From positions 12,276,001 through 12,340,000 of the forward strand of contig CM022666.1 in the NCBI GenBank assembly GCA_012295275.1: DNA of 64,000 bases, given 5' to 3'. This DNA is from Chrysomallon squamiferum. Lineage: Eukaryota; Animalia; Mollusca. Shown one piece after another: positions 1-13,800 of this stretch. Each line of letters starts with the position of its first letter. Within the stretch, counting starts at the first letter, position 1. The notes under the pieces were generated by a model, which was not told the origin of the DNA, did no database searches, and saw nothing but the letters and a program-made list of their open reading frames with translations. The position numbers and the translations under genes are program-made.

Positions 1-343
1 TTTCCTAATTTTATTATTGACTAATTCCCGTTCGATTTCTTAAAACGTTTATTTAGTTCATGGAAAGCGTAATATTAATGATAACCAGTCTTTCTGAGTT
101 TGGTCATTCAGTTAAGGTTAAAATATGGAAAACAATAATTTACCCTATACATCGAAAAGTACATTTTTCGCAAAAATCACAACCATAATTTAGAGTGATT
201 CATGGCATAACAAATATTTTAAGCATTGAAACTGCGATTTAAATAAAAGAAAACTAAATTATGTCAGCTTGTATTTTCCATTTTTATGGTCACGAAACGC
301 ACATAAGGTTTAAATTTGTTTTACTTAGCATTTATGCTATGCT

Positions 344-374
<31 letters not shown>

Positions 375-614
375 GTGCAATAAGAAATATGCCAAGTGCC
401 ACATTTTTTTTTTTTTTTTTTTTTTTTTATTGCAAATCGGTAAATATCCTTATACTAGTAAAATCTTTGTCGGCAATCTTTAAGAGTTATTTCCCCTTTA
501 ATTTAAATACCTCTTTTATAGTTGAAAATAGAAAACTGAAAATACAACGTTGTTGTAATCAAAGGTTTGTTTGGTTAAATCTAAATTACAGATTACAGTA
601 AAGTTTTGTTTAAA

Positions 615-1529
615 ATGTCTTTTGATATAACTAAGCTTGATTTATATGGTATACTCGGAGTTGACGAGGAAGCGTCGGAAAAGGAAATTATCAAAGCTTA
701 TCGAAAAAGTGCCTTGAAATGTCATCCAGATAAAAACCCAAACGATGAGAAGGCAGCAGAAAATTTCCAAAAACTTTCAAAAGCTTTGGAAATTCTAACA
801 GATGTGTCGGCAAGGGCAGCATTTGATAAAATTATTAAAGCCAAAAAGGCTGCAGAAGTTAGACATAAACATTTGGATAGCAAGAGAAAAAAGTTCAAGG
901 AAGATTTAGAGGCTAGGGAAAAGGCATCTCTAGTTACAAAGAACACAGATTCGGAGGCACACAAAAATTTAATAGCAGAAATAGAAAGGCTTAGAAAAGA
1001 AGGATCAAAGCTGTTAGAAAGAGAACAAGAATTGCTGCGTCAAAGATTATCAGATAATCAGACAGAAGCAGACTCGTTTAAGCCTGAAACTGCTGCTTTG
1101 CCGAAATTAAAAATCAAATGGAAAGCTGACAAAAATGATGACTCAAATGGAGGTTATACTTACGATGATCTCTTCGAATGTTTAAATAAATATGGTGATA
1201 TATCAGCTCTTGTCGTTTCCAAAAAGAAAAATGGAACAGCTATTGTTGAATTTAAAAATGGCAGAGATGCCCAGTTTGTAATTCAGTATGAAAAGGGCCA
1301 CACTTCCAATCCACTGACATTTACATGGTTGTCTGGGAAACCATCAGAAGATATTTTGAACAATGATGCATATACTTCCAAACCAAAAAATTCAGATATG
1401 TTATCAAGTAAATCAAACTCCTCTCATGAGAGAGACTTTGAAAGTTTAGTTCTGATGAAAATGAGACAGGCAGAAGAGAGAAGAAAGTTAATTGAACAGA
1501 TGCAAAGAGAGGATGAAGAGATATCGTGA
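615..1529 (+). CDS. DNAJC17: DnaJ homolog subfamily C member 17 (Cwc23-like spliceosomal J protein), single coding exon, 304 aa
   Basis: N-terminal J domain with HPD motif ([10 protein letters not shown]), coiled coil ([14 protein letters not shown]), RRM-like segment (LKIKWK...GGYTYDDL...KYGDI...[10 protein letters not shown]) and the C-terminal [25 protein letters not shown] typical of DNAJC17. First ATG is 615 (the ORF track starts at TTG 606). AATAAA at 1605-1610. Confidence 0.95.
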   Translation: MSFDITKLDLYGILGVDEEASEKEIIKAYRKSALKCHPDKNPNDEKAAENFQKLSKALEILTDVSARAAFDKIIKAKKAAEVRHKHLDSKRKKFKEDLEAREKASLVTKNTDSEAHKNLIAEIERLRKEGSKLLEREQELLRQRLSDNQTEADSFKPETAALPKLKIKWKADKNDDSNGGYTYDDLFECLNKYGDISALVVSKKKNGTAIVEFKNGRDAQFVIQYEKGHTSNPLTFTWLSGKPSEDILNNDAYTSKPKNSDMLSSKSNSSHERDFESLVLMKMRQAEERRKLIEQMQREDEEIS

Positions 1530-2557
1530 TGCTGTCAAATATTAATTAACATGACTGTTGACTCGAAACCTTTTTCTTCTTTTTTTTGATAGAATACATT
1601 TATAAATAAAACTTAATTTTAATAGTTCATTTTTCAGTTTCTTTTCCTTTTTCTTTTTTTCTTATTTCACTTTTTTCTTCTTTTTTTTTTGCCAGAATGC
1701 AAAATGAATTTACTGCCTATATAATATAATTTAAAAGTATTTATTTTATTATTAGCAGAGGTTGGAGTCAGTAATGAAGTTTATATAACATAGGCACCAA
1801 CATACAGACTATTCTATTTCTGTATATTCAACATTTCACTATTATTGGAAGTAAAACAAATGCTTGTATGATGATCACAGAGGAACCTCTGAACATTATT
1901 ACTCCTGCAACCAATCAGTATTTAGGTCATGTGATAACAAATAGTTTACTGTTTGTTTGTGTGCAATCGCTTGCATGTGTATGTATCATTGTGTTTGTTT
2001 GTATTTAATTTATGGTATTTTACATGATTAGCTTTTACTATTTAGAAATTAACACTGATTTTGAATAGTGAAAAATTGAGGTTGAAGACTTCAATAATTA
2101 AAAAATATATATATTTGGTATGTTCATTTTACTGTTATTAGGTTTGAAATTTATGTAAAAAGTATTTTTTAAATGGAGGTGACAGATAATTATAAAGATA
2201 AACACGTAACTATTGGAATATTTCACTGTCTGAAAACTAAATTTGATGATTTTAGATGATTTTCCATATTATTTACATCAAAGGTAGTAGTATATAGTTG
2301 TAGTATAATAGTGTAGTAATATTAATATAGTAATACTAGTGTCATAGTAGTAGTCGTGTTTTTATTCTATTACTTTTATTATTTTATTATTGTAGTCAAT
2401 GTTGTTATTGTTGTTCTATATATATGTGTGTGTAGTTGTGTGTATAATGTTATCTTTTTGTTGATATCATTATTTTAATTATTATTTACTTAATTTATTA
2501 TCTCCAAAATTTCAACTTCCTCTTTTTATCTGAAATTAATGCAAACACACACACACC

Positions 2558-2595
<38 letters not shown>

Positions 2596-5500
2596 TACTC
2601 ACACAGTTATACACACTTACTTAATTACATACATATTTAAATTTTAAGTTATTTTAATCTGCACCTACGGTGAACAGTCCTGCAGTAATTTCCTAAAAAT
2701 AGCAGTATTTTCCAATTACTTGGTGAGGAATGAACCCTATAAAGAATTTGTTCAAAAACATTATTGTAAAATATTTATTTTTTTAATTATTTATTTCTTT
2801 ATTTAGTATATAAATTTAATTTCTTGATTTTTATTATTAGTTTATTATTTTGTTTTATAATTGTATTTATTTTTCTTTGAAATTTCGTTTGACTTAAAAG
2901 CAACTGTAGTTTCTTTTTTCATGTTAAATAATAAACATACAAAGTAAATTCAATCAAGAAAAGCGAGATGATTATTATTTATTTTATAAATCATTAATTA
3001 CAGTTTCCAAAAATTAAAATCTGATTTTGAACATTCCAACAGAGTTGTGGTTACGGCAAAATTAGAGAAGGTTACAACTGAATCATTCTTCAACTCTCAT
3101 TCTTTCACGAAACGCGCAATGTTTTATTATTTTATAAATATATATATAAATCACGACATTAGAGAAAATATTAGGTTTTAATAATAATAATCTATGGCTA
3201 TATCTAACGGTATTTATGCTAAGTAATACTATAATCACATTTAACTGTCTCAGACTTTCACATTCACTAGCATACTAACTCACAAACTTTCACTCCGCTT
3301 CTTACAAAAATAGGACCATCTATTCATCATCTAACATACACAGACGTATATCCACAATGCTACATACACACTTTATCTCTCATGCACACTCTTTCATCCA
3401 CACACATACATATACACCTATTATCTCTCTGCTGCACAGTCACATACATCCACGCACATACACATAAACACCTCTCTTGTGTACAAGCACACATCAACTC
3501 TCTGTCATGCAAAGCTCCTGAAATCATAGCCCGTTCACGTGGTAACAAATTAAATCTTTAAGAATTCATAACTCCAGTTATACAAAGTTTTTATTCCAAA
3601 ATTAATCAGAGTGAAAAGATTTAGATGATGAAATACATTTAGAACTGAACACGTATTAACAATACGGACGTATGATAGAAACGAAAGAACATAATTCTGA
3701 TAAAATCGGCGAACATTTGTTGCATTCATCGGCGATCGTATGAAAAATAAATAAATAAATAAATAAAATAAGTATTATTGTGATTAATATTCTCAGTCTT
3801 TACAATTTGTCAATTTTTCCTATAATTTTAATGCATTTCAGGCGACAGATGGTAGTAATTGTTTTGGTTATATATACAATTTCTTTACCATTTTAATTAT
3901 ATATGCAAATGATAAAATCACGATCGTACAGCCTTGTACATTATACTGTCAATATTTCTGAAACTCGGAATTTCAGCATTTCTCTCTGAAACCATCCAAC
4001 ATGTCACATTTTATTAATTAGTACGGCTAATGTAAATTAAAACAGCTCTTACTATAAAACCACGACAATTTCCTGTCAATAAAATATATTATTTATACTG
4101 TAATAACGAGAGATACAAATTTTCCTATCACCGGCGGCATAGATGTTCGTTTGTTATGCCTGGAAACTATGTAAAGATTTTTATTCTTACGTTAATTTTT
4201 TTTTTTTTTTTTTTTATAATATTTATTTATTATTGGATTATTTATTTATTTATTTATTTTGTAATTTTAATATTTTCATTATTACGATTTTTAAACCAAG
4301 TCAGTCTACTGTAGAAATAACATACACGTTTTTTAATGCTTTGTTCCTGTTACGCTATTCGATCACATTATTAATTGATAACTCCACTTGGAAATAAAGT
4401 TTTAATTTTTGATTATCAGCGTTACCAAATGTTGTCAATCAATAAAAAAAATAACACTAAAGAAAAACTAACTTTTTTTTATGTAGATGGCTATAGATCG
4501 ATAAAAACATGCACTAATGCACACATACACAAAACAATGTGCTTGTATTTCAGGTTAAATGTAGGCTAAATTCTTTACAACAATTAACCTCTTTGTTACC
4601 ATTACAGATATAACTGAAAACAAAGGGTAAACAGATTTAATAATGCTGTGAGGGATATTTACACGGTTCCTTTGCTGCTGCTAATAAATGGTTTAATAAA
4701 ATTCAATAAGAGAAATGGAGGCGCTCAGATATTTTTAACTGTTCTGATTTTGTTATTATACTTCATAATTAACTAATAATAACAACAACAACATAAACAC
4801 AACTGCCATCTCATCACCACCATAACGAAAACAATACAACCACCACCACAGTCAACGTCAACAACAATAAATAAAAAAATATTTTTATGTTGTAATAATG
4901 ACAGGCAGAAATTTCCGTATCACGGAAAACAAAGATGTCCGTTAAATAAATTATACTAAATAAAAATGCATACGCAATGACATCAACGTAATAATTATTT
5001 AATTAACTCGCTAATTACTAAATAGATAAACGGCAACTGTTTGGATGTTGTAAGAATACTGGTGTCAAAGTTCACGTGAACACGAATCGTTGTGACGACG
5101 GATGTGAAATGTAATGAGAATTAATGTTTACACAGTAACGATCAGTTTTTCAAGAAAAGGAAAGACGAGCAGAGGCTGGTGGAGATGACAGATAGCGCGT
5201 TAGAAGATTACATATACCTGAGTGGTAACACACACTGACCAATGCCACGTTATCAAGCTGTGAAACACGAGGTCAGTTTGGAATCGCCTGTTTATTTCCA
5301 GTAACTTGCACGTGTGTGTATGTGTGCATATGAAGATAGTTTAGAACGTAATAGATAAAACAATATCACAATTAATATACGGTTTTGATTGTATTGTTAT
5401 TTGCCTGCTAGTGTCTGATCGTAATAATAGAAGTAGGTCACAATTTAATTAAATGGAGGCTGCGAATGGAAATCTTTAGGGAATGTATTTATTTTTTTAC

Positions 5501-5817
5501 AGACGTTTTGGCATTCATCAACGGAAAGTAAGTAGTGGCTGTTATTAATAAGTGTATTAGTTTTATGTTCTGATAAGGAAACAACGAAAAATGGTTCGGG
5601 AAATTGTGAAGAACGCACTGACTCAGGACTGACTTAGGAATGTAAGTAAGACTGTCTTTTTGTTTTTATAAGCACATAATTCAGAATCGTGTGCAACGGT
5701 ATTTCAAACAACAGTAGGTGCTGCAATCTATTGATTATAGTTAGCATAAATTTCTTATTGATGTAGTTATGACTGTAAACCGTTTTTTTTTGTCTCACGC
5801 AATAGGGCCGTTAACCA

Positions 5818-6020
5818 TACCTTAATAGGGCCTCGTTGAAACTTGGGAGAGTTTTCTCAGCAATATGTAGATGTACTGTTTTCTGTGTTTAAGTTAGAAA
5901 ATTGGTCCTAACTTATTTATTAAACCACGGATTGCAGTTTAGGTTATACCCACTTGTAGAATCCGCTGTTAGCTATTTTTTATTTATTGTAATATTTTAT
6001 ATTGCCCTACTATTAAGGTA
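5818..6020. mobile_element. Candidate small MITE with terminal inverted repeats and TA flanks
   Basis: TA-CCTTAATAGGGC at 5818-5831 and GCCCTA-CTATTAAGG-TA at 6004-6020 are inverted copies (11 bp perfect including TA). Non-coding interior. Confidence 0.35.
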
Positions 6021-6544
6021 CAGTTTTCGAAAATGTCGGTAACATATTTATTATTTACCTAAATAGCTTACTTTAATACACTTTAACATTTCGTAATTAA
6101 CCTGTATGAATCGTTAAAGTAAGTAAATATGTTACCCATTTATTTCTACAAATATTCCTAACAGTATGTATTAATTAAATATGTACTGTTATTTAACAGT
6201 AATCCAATTACTGAAATCACCTAGCAATTAACATCATTAGCGAGGGACAAAAGGAATTATTGTCAGCTACGCTCTGTTGACTTCAGGGAAGTCCGCGAGG
6301 TGTTCATTTAAGTAAGGGTCAAAAAAGCCGAGTAGGAGAACAAAGGCAAAGACACAGAGAACGTGTTGGACGGTGGGTTTGGTGGCCATTATTAGGCAGT
6401 TATGTTGGTAACTATATTTTGCATTTTTATCTTTGTTTATCCTTTTCTGTATGCTCTGTTTGATTTGTTGATCAATTTGATGTAACCTCTATGGATTTAT
6501 ATATCTATATATTTCTAACGTAAGCCGTTAGGGAAAATTAAAAT

Positions 6545-7501
6545 AATTGCTTGCTTGCACACACATCTCATCACCTACAACCCTTTAAGCATGCTACCAA
6601 CATGCGATGGATTCCTGAATGCGTTCTCATATTGGAAAGACCGTACCTATCCACGATATTCCATTTATCGTGAATGAGGTGCATTTGTTGGCTATGATTC
6701 GAGGAATATATTGCGAGATTCCAAAGCACTGGTATTTTCCTTTTAACAGGGACCTTTCCGCAGACCTTGTCTTTGCTCAGCAGAACCAACGTATTGGAAG
6801 ACAGAGACAAAACAAGAGAAGATGAGCCAGATAATGACGGTGACGGTATCAATCATCAGTTTCAGGAACAGCTGAATGATGTCTGTAGTGACATTTGTGT
6901 TTTACCAACCCAACTTCAACAGCAGATACTAAATTTGAAAATCTCCCGCGTTTCATTTTATTTCTGATGGTGTGTATTTGTTTCCATCTGCAATTACACC
7001 CATATCAATTTTTTTTTTTTTAAATGTGAGAGCGAGACTACCACGGAATTCCCAAGCCAAAGACTGTTGGAGGATCTGCATGAAAATCCTGCCATCTTGT
7101 TTTCACATGCAAGTTGTCTACAGACTGGTCTAACGCACATGGAGGCCGACGTAAAGAAAACTGTGGACGACATATCTATTTCAGATTTGTTTACCAAGGA
7201 TATTAGTCTGTAGACTGGATTGAAAATGCACGTAGAATCAATATTCTGTATACACTGTAATGTGTTTAAATGTACCTCTAAATATCAATTCATTATCATT
7301 GCAGTTTCAGATATATTAGAACATTATCACCAACTTTACAAAACGTTTTCAACCCCTCCACCACACCATTGTGAGACATCCTGTGGTGTTAATACTGCCC
7401 ATACATACGAAGAAGGTCTTGCTCGTTGATGGTCATCATTCGTTTCACGGAGATGTTGACGTAACTGGAAAATGGCACTGCTTACTCCACTCCTCCCCTA
7501 C
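6545..7501 (+). mobile_element. Degenerate pogo/Tigger-family (DDE_1) DNA transposon, 3' part of transposase
   Basis: 6548-6586 translates CLLAHTSHHLQPF (family motif LPxHTSHxLQPLD). It is followed with frameshifts by MRSHIGKTVPIHDIPFIVNEVHLLAM..RNIL..STGIF/PFNRDLSADLVFA (family motif NIxxGFxxTGIxPFN) and an acidic linker. Multiple frameshifts and stops. The right boundary is uncertain; possible TIR TTACTCCACTCCTCCCCTAC at 7482-7501. Confidence 0.75.
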
Positions 7502-10115
7502 TTAATGAGCTAAAGTCTTTTTACGTGATTATTCACATTACACACTTAACTGAAACAAACCTGCTTTGAATAAATAAACATTAGTTAATATTTGCTAATA
7601 AACAAAACCCTACAAACCCCCCCCAAATATAGACATTGTACAATCCGTTCTACCAACAACATACAAAGTTATTTCACAGTACTATATATGCCAGAAGCTT
7701 CACAGAGAATAAGTGGTTACCTTACCGGTATAGAGTATGTTAATAAAAGCGTAGTGACAAGAGAAACAGTCCACGCGACGAATAAATCCAAGCTGTCGTT
7801 TGTCTTGCCATAGGCATGCTGTTTTACAACTACTTTTATAACAGTTATAAGAGATGATAAAAAAAAAGAGTTAATCTTGTGATGTCACCATTTATACAGA
7901 GTATTTGTGTTTTGTTTTCACTGACTGAGTCGGAAATCTGCAAAACACATTTGGAGTAAAGGCAATTTTTTTAATTTGTGTCTGGAAAAAAAATAGCGAA
8001 TCTGTCGATTTTGAGATTTTCCCTGTAAACGATTCTTTAGCTATCCTTTTATTGATTTCCATTGTTGATAGCGTCTAAGTAATATATGCATTTTATCTGC
8101 ATTATTAAGTAATTTCTGTAAAGAGGTGAACGTTCATTCATTCGCTAATCTACCTTGAAAACATGCAGAAAACTGCAGGTGTACGTGCTTTCTCTTCGGG
8201 TAACTTTCCGACAATCCTTGACAAACCAAGTATCGCCGGTAAGCTTGAAAAGTCTGCTTTGCACATTATAAGCAGAAATATGCTAATAACTGAGCTTTTC
8301 AACTCATACTTTGCTGAGAACACACATTCTTTGATGTTCAGCAGTGTTTGTATGTTGATCACGTGACAGCAACAGCAAGGTAATGCCGTAAGTTATTGAT
8401 CAATGAAAAGCCATTTATTAAACCTATAAAAACACGCATGCACATCGCTCATTTCCATAGAGTGGTAGCTGACCTAGATAAAAGAAAAAGAGAGAGAAAA
8501 CTGTTGATAGAATACTGAATGTGATCATGTACAGATTTTCCTTATCAAATAAGCAAGGCTGTGGAAAAAGGAAGTAATTAAGATGTATCTGTTACTTAAA
8601 ATGGAAGTTTGTTTCTGTAACTGTTTAGAAGAAAAAAGAATAGTCATTTATAGATTTACTGTTAAGGTATGACATTTTGGTTTTTCTGATCTTAGCAAAG
8701 TAATTAAGTATTTATTTACATCTTGTATCTCTGGCATTATCAAACAAATGTAAAGAGAATGGTTTCATTTTTGAGTACTTCGAATTAAGATATGTTGTGC
8801 AGATCTGAGCCTTTGTTACAAAACATGGTAATTACATAACTGATGGAAATAACACAGGGATAATTAATTATTTTATTATTAATTATTTCAAACAATAATT
8901 TTATTTTATATGTGAATACAGTATCTAGAAAAAGACATCGACAGGTCTAAGTTTAAGTCAGATGTATCATGTAAACAAAGAATAATGGTAGTAGGTTCTT
9001 GATTTTACTTAATGATGATAGTAATTATAAAATAATTAAACTATTTGCATTATTTTCTAATAAAGATATTGTATTTATTTTAGCAGAATACCACAAAAAA
9101 AAAAAAAAAAAAAAAAATCTTTAAATTGGCCAAATCTGATCCAGATGTATCCATGGAAACTAAGGTAAATATCCCAAAATAAACCGAATAATTTCAAAGC
9201 CGTTTCCTGCGTTTTAAGATTTCTACTCCAATTGGCTTATTACACCATAACTCCCGTTAGAATTCATGGAACTTCTATTATGACATATCATAAGAAAGCA
9301 GAAATGTTGCTCTTTCAAGTTCTAGTAATAACTCATTTTTTTTTTTTTAATTCTAGAAGTGACTCATTTAGTGAGAACGATATACGATATTCCTGCATTT
9401 AGGGAGTTACTCGTTTTGTTTTATAGTGTTTATGAATTCTGATTGTATATAATATTATTATTTGATTTATGATCCAAATACGCAAACGTATATGTGTAAA
9501 TAATGTCAATTACCAGACAGTAAATATATATATAAAACCAAACGGGAAATACGCTATAATGAACATGTTCTAGCACAACTAATATATACTGTTATTCTTG
9601 GTAAAACGTCTGAGCTATGTAGTATAAGGTTATTTTATAATGTAATATTTTAATGTAACCTGTTTGTCTTAGGTCGTTTTAGATCAACTATAGCTTGCTC
9701 CTTTTGGATATCCCACATAATCACTCTGGCCACAAATGAGATACAGCTACCGGACCAATTAACCGGAAGTTATTTTCCGACGCTATTTTCATAGTACGCG
9801 CGCGCGGTGTTGTCGTCACCAGACTGGAACTACTCTTTCAAGCCGCGTGGCTTTCATTCACTCGCCACATTGTTTACGTGTTGAGTCGCCACAGTTGTGT
9901 ATCGTCAATTTTCTTTATGTTTTTAATTTTAAAATGTTTATGCCTAATTATTTACGTGTTTAGATGCCTTGGTACCAGAACACCGGAAAAATCCAGAAAT
10001 CCGGAATGCCTCAGGCTCCTAGGAGTCTGAATATTTGGTCTGGTACCTGTAGTTACACTTTGCATTCTTCTGGGACATCCAAGAAAGAAAGAATCAGTTA
10101 TAATATGAAAAGCTA

Positions 10116-10300
10116 GCACATTTTTGCATTTTTTTAGCTTCTAAATAGTTACGACATACTTACATTTTATACAAACACTTTGGTCCAAATATTGTTAATT
10201 TATGTGAAGTCAGACTTTTGTTATAAAAATATTCAGTTTGTAACAGCGTTCCAGAACATCTGAACATTTTTACATAACTTTAAATGTGCATTAAATCTTC
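10116..10300 (+). repeat. Dispersed repeat copy 1 (about 180 bp), upstream of the first MCT coding exon
   Basis: Shares GCACATTTTTGCATTTT...AAATAGTTA(C/T)GACATAC...ACTTTGGTCCAAATATTGTT...GAAGTCA(G/C)ACTTTTGTTA...TTACATAAC...TGTGCATTAAATCTTCA with 11140-11297. Confidence 0.85.
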
Positions 10301-10424
10301 ACTAAGCATATATATATATATATATAAATAACAACTCTATGCAACATTGCTGTTGTTACGTACAAAAAGTTATGTGAACCATAACTGTTGTATTATATTT
10401 GCAGTGTGTTTAGATTGAACGAAG

Positions 10425-10775
10425 ATGAATTCAAGTCGAGACATAGATGGCGGTTGGGCATGGATCGTAATGGCCGCGTCCTGCATGAATCTACTTGTTG
10501 CTCCGGGTTTAGCCTTTGTAGGCGGCATTTTTCAAAATCTCTTTCTGGAACAGTTTCATGAGAGTGTCAGATTAACTTCATGGGTTACTGCCTTATTTGG
10601 ATCACTCATGCAGCTCGCTGGTGAATATGTTACTTGTCCGTTTTCGTTTCATTTTGTTTAAGTATTGTTGCTGTAATTGTTATAATCATTCTCTGTCTTT
10701 ATTATAGCTGTTACTGCGGTTATTGTTATTATTGTCAATATTGATTTTTATGTTTTCTTGTTGTTATTGTTGTTG

Positions 10776-10834
<59 letters not shown>

Positions 10835-13800
10835 TGATATGTACGAACAGACTATTATTTAGATTTAAATGATATTTTGTAAACAAACCGTCACTGTCTG
10901 TTCCCTTCCCGCTAATCATTTAATTTTGTTCTTGTGATTTGTTATTTTTTTCACCGTTGAATATACAGTATAAAATGTAGTACAACTAATACTTGCTAAT
11001 ATAACAAACTATAAAAGTAAATAAAGTGTCAAAAACCAGAAGGCTCCAAATTATCAGTAAAAAAAAAAAAAAAAAGACGAAGAAAAAAAAGGACCTATAA
11101 ATAATGCAAAAATAAAATAGAAAAATAAATAAAAACTTTGCACATTTTTGCATTTTCTGTCTCGAAATAGTTATGACATACGTAACAAATACTTTGGTCC
11201 AAATATTGTTCATTTATTTGAAGTCACACTTTTGTTACAACGTTCAAGAATGTGTGCACATTCTTACATAACCTTAAATTGTGCATTAAATCTTCATTTA
11301 ACATATTAAAACATTCAGATTTCTCTGAAAATATGTAGGCCCGGAGTCTGCAGTTAGTTTGACATTTATTTTATGTTCTGAGTAGTTTTTATTAAGCAAG
11401 TATTTGTTTTAAGCAGTTCTTCTAGATAGTTAGGAATTCGTGGTATTTGTAACGTTACTTGGTCTTACAACTTATAACGTTTTGTAAACTATAAATGGTG
11501 GTCTAAACTTATTTTTTTTTTTTACAAAATGTATGGACGCCAGGAGGCATTAGCAAACAGATCATTTAAAATAAAATTCCTTTTGTTTGCCCATATCTTA
11601 AAATAAATGCATTTATTATCAATTTTAATATAAGTTATACCAAATCGGTAGTCTTAGTATTTTTGCCTTGTCCCTTGAAGCTTGACATTTTTCTAGAAAG
11701 TTCGACCATGTGTGTAATATATTCTTTTCGGGATTTATTCTTATCAGCGATTTTGCGTCACGGTTGGCTAGTGAAGCTCTAACTGTAAACAATTAATCAA
11801 AAGCGAAACAATGTCTTGGTTCAAATACATTTAATCCAAAATTACTTAACATGCATTGCTCTTAAACCAGTATTTTAATAATCCTGAAATAATTTTTTTC
11901 TAACTGTTTTATCGAGCTTTATATTCCAAATGAACTGATTTTTAAAGAAAGAATCTGTTGGATTTGGCAGTGAAGAACAAAGATAACAAATAAATTTGGT
12001 AGATCTAAACTTACACACATTTTTACCAGAGATGACAAAGAACGTTTTGATCATTGTTCAAGCAGCCTTTTAACCTCATTCAACTTTGCATTATAGTTTA
12101 ATTTTTGTATTTTATACAAATCCGTGAAAAACCGTATCCTAAATATTATATATTCTGTAGTCCAGTTTAATTTATATTTTGATCACGTTTCTGCTATCAT
12201 TATGGTTTTTGCCTAATTTTACTATATTAGTTTGATCTATTAGTATTAAGTTTAAGATCAGATATACTGGTAAAATATTTTGATGTTTCCATAAATGCTG
12301 TAAGAATTTTATGACACCAGTCTAATAGCTGTGTTGTGTCGTCGGCAAACTGAAATTTTGAATTCATTGCCGTTTATCTCACCCGTGTGTATCTTTGTTA
12401 TTTTTTACCTAGATTCCAAGAATCTCAACACATAATATTAAAAAAATGAGATAACGGATCTCCTTGCCGTCATCATTTGCCAAACATTCAGTGATCTTAC
12501 AGTTTAGGTATAAATACGATTCACATTTATTATAATAGTTCGATATCCATCTTTGAATCGTGGCCCCAAACTTAAAATAAGCTAAAACTTTTTCAAATAA
12601 AATTCCACGAAATTGTATGAAAAGCTTTTTCAAAAATTATAATTAGTAATACCTCAGGCTTATTTTGTGTGTCTGTATAATATAATACATCACATGTAAG
12701 TCTGATAGTATTACTTCTTGATCGGTCATGCATTAATCCATTTTGATCTCTGGATACTATTTACGGATTTGATTCTTTCTGCAATAGCTTCTGACCCTAA
12801 TTTGTAGATATTTTGGAATGATACTGATCTCGAATTGTTGATATATTCTTTTGCCTTATCTTTCTTTGAAAAAAGTATAATAAAACCACATTTTTTATTT
12901 ATTTATTTTAATTTTTTTAGAGCTTAGATTGTGATTATAAGACTCCATATACTTGAATATTTCCATCAGAATCTTAAATTAATGTTCGACGCTTTCTACG
13001 TCAGTTTGTTTATTTGTACAGGTCCACTTGCTAGTGTTTTAGCACATTACGCCAGCTGTCGTGTTTCTGTGATGACAGGAGCAGTACTTTTATCTGTTGG
13101 ACTTGTCATCTCCAGTTTTACTTCATCTTTACCTGTACTATTCGTTTCCTTTGGAATTCTGTCTGGTAACATGAAAACTATTTTGACTCACATCTGTCAC
13201 ACATACATATATAAGATATGACGAATACATAACTTTTCTTTGTTTAACAAAAACAATTTATCAGTGAATAAAAAATACCTACACAGTAATCATTCAAGGA
13301 TAACCAGTTAGTCAATAACAGACTTTTCTGTAAAGAAAGAAATACTAAAATTTGAAACTGGTGAAGAAAAAGGCACTTACCAATTTATTTATTTATTTAC
13401 ATTTTTCAGGTTTGGGTTTAGGTTTGATCTATACTCCTTCAATTGTGGTAGTAAATTTTTTCTTCAAAAAGAAGCGTTCGTTCGTTAACGGGATCAGCCT
13501 GTCTGCGTCTGGAGTTGGTATACTTTTGTTTCCACTTCTGTGTCGTCATTTGCTAGATGTTTTTCTCTGGAGACAATCCATGTTAATTCTTGCTGCAATT
13601 TCAGCACAAATGATTCCTCTTGGTGCGTTAATGTTTCCGGTTCATGAGAAAACTAACAAATCCTGTATATCCTTTAGAGAACATCAAACGAAGGATGATA
13701 CAAGAAAGGATTTGGATGCGACAAAACCAATGATAACTGAAAACATAACACAAAACACAAGAAGCAAAGGCAATAAAACAAAACAATATACAATAATTAA

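Noticed and set aside
606-614. Non-ATG starts given by the ORF track (606, 13352, 51381, 63973)
   Set aside because: Artefacts of a prokaryote-style caller; replaced by the real ATG, a splice acceptor or the open window edge.
3520-3715. Possible Helentron/HINE-like or other DNA-transposon remnant (CATAACTCC motif; similar at about 9245-9420)
   Set aside because: The resemblance is impressionistic; no TIR, hairpin or TSD could be fixed without a repeat library.
8150-8366. Overlapping ORFs on both strands (67-70 aa)
   Set aside because: No recognisable motif or splice-consistent partner exons; more likely regulatory or UTR sequence.
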